Assembly (NCBI GenBank): GCA_030390025.1
Contig: JASTWF010000330.1
Location: forward strand, 248,001 to 312,000
DNA from: Squalus acanthias
Taxonomy: Eukaryota
Reading direction: 5' to 3'
DNA length: 64,000 bases
Under the pieces are notes generated by a model. It was not told the DNA's origin, ran no database searches, and was given only the letters and a program-made list of their open reading frames with translations. A program made the position numbers and the translations under genes. Shown here one piece after another: positions 59,401-64,000 of this stretch (within the stretch, counting starts at the first letter, position 1; each line of letters begins with the position of its first letter).

Positions 59401-62400
59401 ACTGCTTGCTGCACCTGCATGTTTGCTTTCAGTGACTGGTGTACAAGGACACCCAGGTCCCTTTGTTCATCAATATTTCCCAATCTATCACCATTTCAAT
59501 AATACTCTGCCTTTCTGTTTTTCCTACCGAAGTGGATAACTTCACATTTATCCACCTTATACTGCATCTGCCCTGTATTTGCCCACTCACTCAACTTGTC
59601 TAAATCGTCTTGAAGCCTCTTTGCATCCTCCTCACAACACACAATCCCATCTAGTTTCGTGTCGTCGGCAAACTTGGAAATAGTTGCCCTCGAGAAGGTG
59701 GTGGTGAGCCGCCTTCTTGACCCGCTGCAGTCCGTGTGGTGAAGGTGCTCCCACAGTGCTGTTGGGTAGGGAGTTCCAGGACTTTGACCCAGCGACGACG
59801 AAGGAACGGCCGATACATGTGCAAGTCCTGGTGGTGCGTGACTTGGAGCAGAACTCGAGGTGATGGTATTCCTCCTGGAATTGAAGGCAAATTATGGACC
59901 TGGTTGGGAGATTGGTTAGGTGGTGGAAGGCAGGGTCGGGATAACGGGTATGTACTGGAATTGGAAGGAAGTGACTAGTGGTGTCCCACAAGGATCTGCG
60001 CTGGGGCCTCAACTATATTAATGACTTGGAAAACACAAGGAGAGATGTATATCCAAGTTTGAAGATGACACAAAGATTGGTGGCACAGTAAGTGATGTAG
60101 CCAGGAACATAACATTACAAAGAGCCATTGATAGATTGAGTGAGTGGGCAAAACTCTGGCAGGTGGATTCCAACGCAGGTAAGTGTGAGGTCATTTGATT
60201 TGGACCAAAAAAGGATCGATCCGAGTACTATTTAAATAGTGAGCAACTAGGAACATGGATGTCCAAAGAGATTATTACAGGGCTTGATCGGGTGGATGCT
60301 GGGAGAATGTTTCCCTTGGCTGGGGAGTCTAGAACCAGGGGCCACAGCCTCAGGATAAAGGGTCGGCCATTCAGGACTGAGATGAGAAGAAATTTCTTCA
60401 CACAGAGGTTGGTGACTCTTTGGAATTCTCTACCCCAGAGGGCCGTGGCGGCTCAGTCATTGGGTATATTCAAAACAGAAGTCGATAGATTTCTGACGAG
60501 TAAGGGCATCAAGGGATATGGCGACAGGGCAGGTGAATGGAGTTGAGGCAGAAGATCAGCCATGATCTCATTGAATGGCGGAGCAGGCTCGAAGGGTCTA
60601 CTCCTGCTCCTATTTCTTATGTTCTTAGGGGTTCACCTACAAATCACTAAAATGTAGTAGTCAGGTGCAAAAAGATAATCAGACAGGCTAACGGAATGTT
60701 AGCCTTTAAAGCTGGATGGCTAGAATATAAAGGGGAGGAGTTTAGCTGCAGCTGTACGAAGACTTGGTTAGACCACATCTGGAGTACTGTGTGCAGTTCT
60801 GGGCACTGCACTTTAGAAAGGATATCTTGGCCTTGGAAGGAGGTCAGCGTAGATTGACCAGAACGTTACCAGGGCTCCAAGGGTTAGATTATGAGGAGAG
60901 ATTACATAAACTAGGCTTGAAATCGCTGGATTATACAAGGTTCAGGGGTGATTTGATTGAGGTTTTTAGGATTTTTGAAAGGAATTGATAGGACAGATGG
61001 AGAGAGACTTTTTCCACTGGTGGCGGGGGGATCATAGATCATAGAATAGAAGATAGGAGCAGGAGTAGGCCGTTCGGCCCCTCGAGCCTGCTCCGCCATT
61101 TAATGCGATCATGGCTGATCATCCAAATTCAGAACCCTGTACCTGCCTTCTCCCCATATCCCTTGATCCCTTTAGCCTTAAGAAATATATCCAACTCCTT
61201 CTTGAATCTATTTAATGAATTGGCCTCTACTGCCTTCTGTGGCAGAGAATTCCACAGGTTCACCACTCTCTGGGTGAAGAAATTCCTCCTCATGTCAGTC
61301 CTAAATGGCTTACCCCTTATGCTTAGACTGTGAGCCCTGGTTCTGGACTCCCCGGCCATCGGGAACATCCTTCCTGCATCTAGTTTGTCCTGCCCTGTCA
61401 GAATTTTATAAGTTTCAATGAGATCCCCTCTCATTCTTCTAAACTCCAGCGAGTATAAGCTCAATCGACCCAATCTCTCTTCATACGTCATTCCTGCCAT
61501 CCCAGGTATCAGCCTGGTGAATCTTCGCTGAACTCCTTCCATGGCAAGAACATCCTTCCTCAGATAAGGCGGGGGGCGGGCGAGTCTTGGACAAGGGGGA
61601 CATTACCTTAAAATGAGAGCCAGGCCATTCAGGAGAGAAGTTAGGAAACACTTCACACAAAGGGTGGAACTCTCTCATGAAAAGCAGTAGATGCCAGCTC
61701 TATTAATAATTTTAAATCTGAGATCAATATATTTTTTGCTCGTCAAGGGTGTTGAGGGATATGGAGCCAAGGCGGGTGGATGGAGTTGAGATACAGGTCA
61801 GCCATGATCTCATTGAATGGTGGAACAGGCTCGAGGGGCTGAATGGCCTCCTCCTGTTCCCATGCGCATGCTGCCCTTGTCCTTCTAGGTGGTGGAGGTT
61901 GCGGATTTGGGAAGTGCTGGTAAGGAAGCCTTGGCAAGTTGCTGTCGTGCATCCTGTAGATAGGACACAATGCAACCACGGTGCACCGGTGGTGGAGGCA
62001 CTTCATGGTTAAGTTGGATCAAGCGGGCTGCTTTGTCCCGGATGGCGTCGAGCTTCTTGAGTGTTGTTGTAGCTGCACCCACCCAGGCAAATGAGAGTAT
62101 TCCATCACACTCCTGATGTGTGCTTTGGAGTTGGTGGAGAGGCTTTGGGGAGTCAGGAGGTCATTAGAGTTATACAGCACAGAAAGAGGCCCTTCGGCCA
62201 TTGTGTCCGCGCCAGCCATCAAGCCCTGTCTATTCTAATCCCATTTTCCAGCACTTGGTCCGTAGCCTTGTATGCTATGGCGTTTCAAGTGCTCATCTCA
62301 ATGCTTCTTGAATGTTGTGAGGGTTCCTGCCTCTACCACCCTTTCAGGCAGTGAGTTCCAGTATCCAACCACCCTCTGGGTGAAAAAGTTTTTCCTTAAC

Positions 62401-62985
62401 TCCCCTCTAAACCTCCTGCCCCTTACCTTGAAACTATGCCCCCTGGTTATTGACCCCTCTACTAAGGGGAAAAGTTCCTTTCTATCTACCCTATCTATGC
62501 CCCTCATAATTTTGTACACCTCAATCAGGTCCCCCCCTCAGCCTTCTCTGCTCTAAGGAAAACAACCCCAGCCTGTCCAGTCTCTCTTCATAGCTGAAGT
62601 GCTGCAGCCCAGGTAACATCCTGGTGAATCTCCTCTGCACCCTCTCCAGTGCAATCACATCCCTCCTGTAGTGTGGCGACCAGAACTGCACACAGTATTC
62701 CAGCTGTGGTCTAACCAGGGTTTTGTATAGCTGCAGCATAACTTCTACCCCTTTGTACTCTAGTCTTCTAGATATAAAGGCCAGCATTCCATTAGCCTTT
62801 TTGATTATTTTCTGCACCTGTTCATGACATTTTAATGATCGATGTAGTGAGTCACTTGTGCAGGGTACCCAGGCTCGGACCTGCTCCACTGGCCGTGGCA
62901 TTTATATGGTTGGTCCAGTTGAGTTTCTGGTCAATGGTGACCCCCCCAGGATGTTGCTGGTGGGGGATTCCGTGATGGTAATGTC
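56500..62985. mobile_element. Cluster of nested, truncated CR1 fragments in both orientations
   Basis: Approximately 56500-57270(-), 57745-58297(-), 58298-59296(+; 244-aa ORF 58337..59071), 59320-59680(-), 59870-60628(+), 60630-61025(+), 61035-61568(-), 61585-61860(+) and 62165-62845(-). They carry RPHLEYCVQFW / FFTQRVV.LWN.LP motifs or CR1 3'UTRs. Confidence 0.9.
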
Positions 62986-63199
62986 ACAGAAATCTCGGCT
63001 GACGCTCCAGTGCTGTACTGAGAGAGTGATGCACTGTCGGAGGTGCCGTCTTTCGGATGAGACGTTAAACTGAGGCCCCGTCTTCTCAGGTGGACGTAAA
63101 AATCCCACAGTACTATTTCGAAGATGATCAGGGGAGATATCCCCGGTGTCCTGGCCAATATTTACCCCTCAATCAACAGCACTAAAAGAGATGATGTGA

Positions 63200-64000
63200 T
63201 GCAGGCACAGAAATCAGGCAGGGGGATTGTGATATACTTGAACAAATTAATATTGAGAGGGAGGCGTTACTAGCGGTTTTAGCGGGCAAATCCCCAGGCC
63301 CAGATGAGATGTATCCCAGGCTGCTGTGTGAGGCAAGGGAGGAGACTGCAGGGGCTCTGACACAAATTTTCAAAACCTCTCTGGCCACAGGGGATGTGTC
63401 GGAGGACTGGAGAACAGCTAACGTAGTACCATTGTTCAAGAAGGCTAGTAGGGATAAACCAGGGAATTACAGGCCATTGAGCCTAACATCAGTGGTAGGG
63501 AAATTATTGGAAAACATTCTGAGGGACAGAATTAGTCTCCACTTGGAGAGGCAGGGATTAATCAGGGATAGTCAGCATAGCTTTGTCAGGGGGAGGTCAT
63601 GTCTGACCAATTTGATTTAATTTTTCGAGGGGGTGACTCGGTGTGTGGATGAGGGTAGTGCAGTTGATGTAGTCTACATGGACTTCAGTAAGGCTTTTGA
63701 CAAAGTCCCACATGGGAGACTGGTCAAGAAGGTAAGAGCTCATGGGATCCAGGGCAATTTGGCACATTGGATCCAAAATTGGCTTCGTGGCAGGAAGCAG
63801 AGGGTGATGGTCGAAGGTTGTTTTTGTGACTGGAAGCCTGTGTCCAGTGGTGTACCGCAGGGATCGGTGCTGGGTCCTTTGCTGTTTGTAGTGTACATTA
63901 ATGATTTAGATATGAATGTAGGAGGTATGATCAGTAAGTTCGCAGATGACACGAAAATTGGTGGAGTGGTAAATAGCGAGGAGGGAAGCTTCAGGCTACA
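63200..64000 (+). mobile_element. CR1 ORF2 RT region running off the window end (one in-frame stop at 63618-63620)
   Basis: KSPGPD..WRTANVVPLFKK..NYRPLSLTSVVGK..DFSKAFDKVPH..GVPQGSVLGP..FADDTK. Confidence 0.95.

Noticed and set aside
50850..62845. Three very similar CR1 3' ends as a false assembly duplication
   Set aside because: The copies have distinct substitutions, truncation points and flanks, which fits a young subfamily.

Overview
Repeat-dense vertebrate genomic DNA, probably from a cartilaginous fish (inferred from the CR1/L2/Penelope/DeuSINE content), with a 500-N assembly gap at 51402-51901. The ORF track is mostly minisatellite and LINE artefact. Reading splice sites by hand reveals a multi-exon minus-strand gene across about 1-33 kb. 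It has a signal-peptide exon (33223-33256), two tandem three-exon cassettes that each encode a uromodulin/GP2/OIT3-type D8C/D10C domain (cassette A 20117-22942, frameshifted; cassette B 14387-18088, intact), and at least seven phase-1 Ser/Thr-rich stalk exons. Six of the stalk exons are carried by a 1.3-2.7 kb higher-order repeat of 23-bp minisatellites, and the gene probably continues off the window start. The two domain cassettes show paired cysteine losses and clustered amino-acid changes. Right of the gap lies the isolated last coding exon of USP5 (+). Also present are a Penelope element, several minimal hammerhead-ribozyme motifs, a Tc1/mariner-type MITE, nested insertions and many CR1 fragments. 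Repeat boundaries are approximate; exon boundaries were read base by base.
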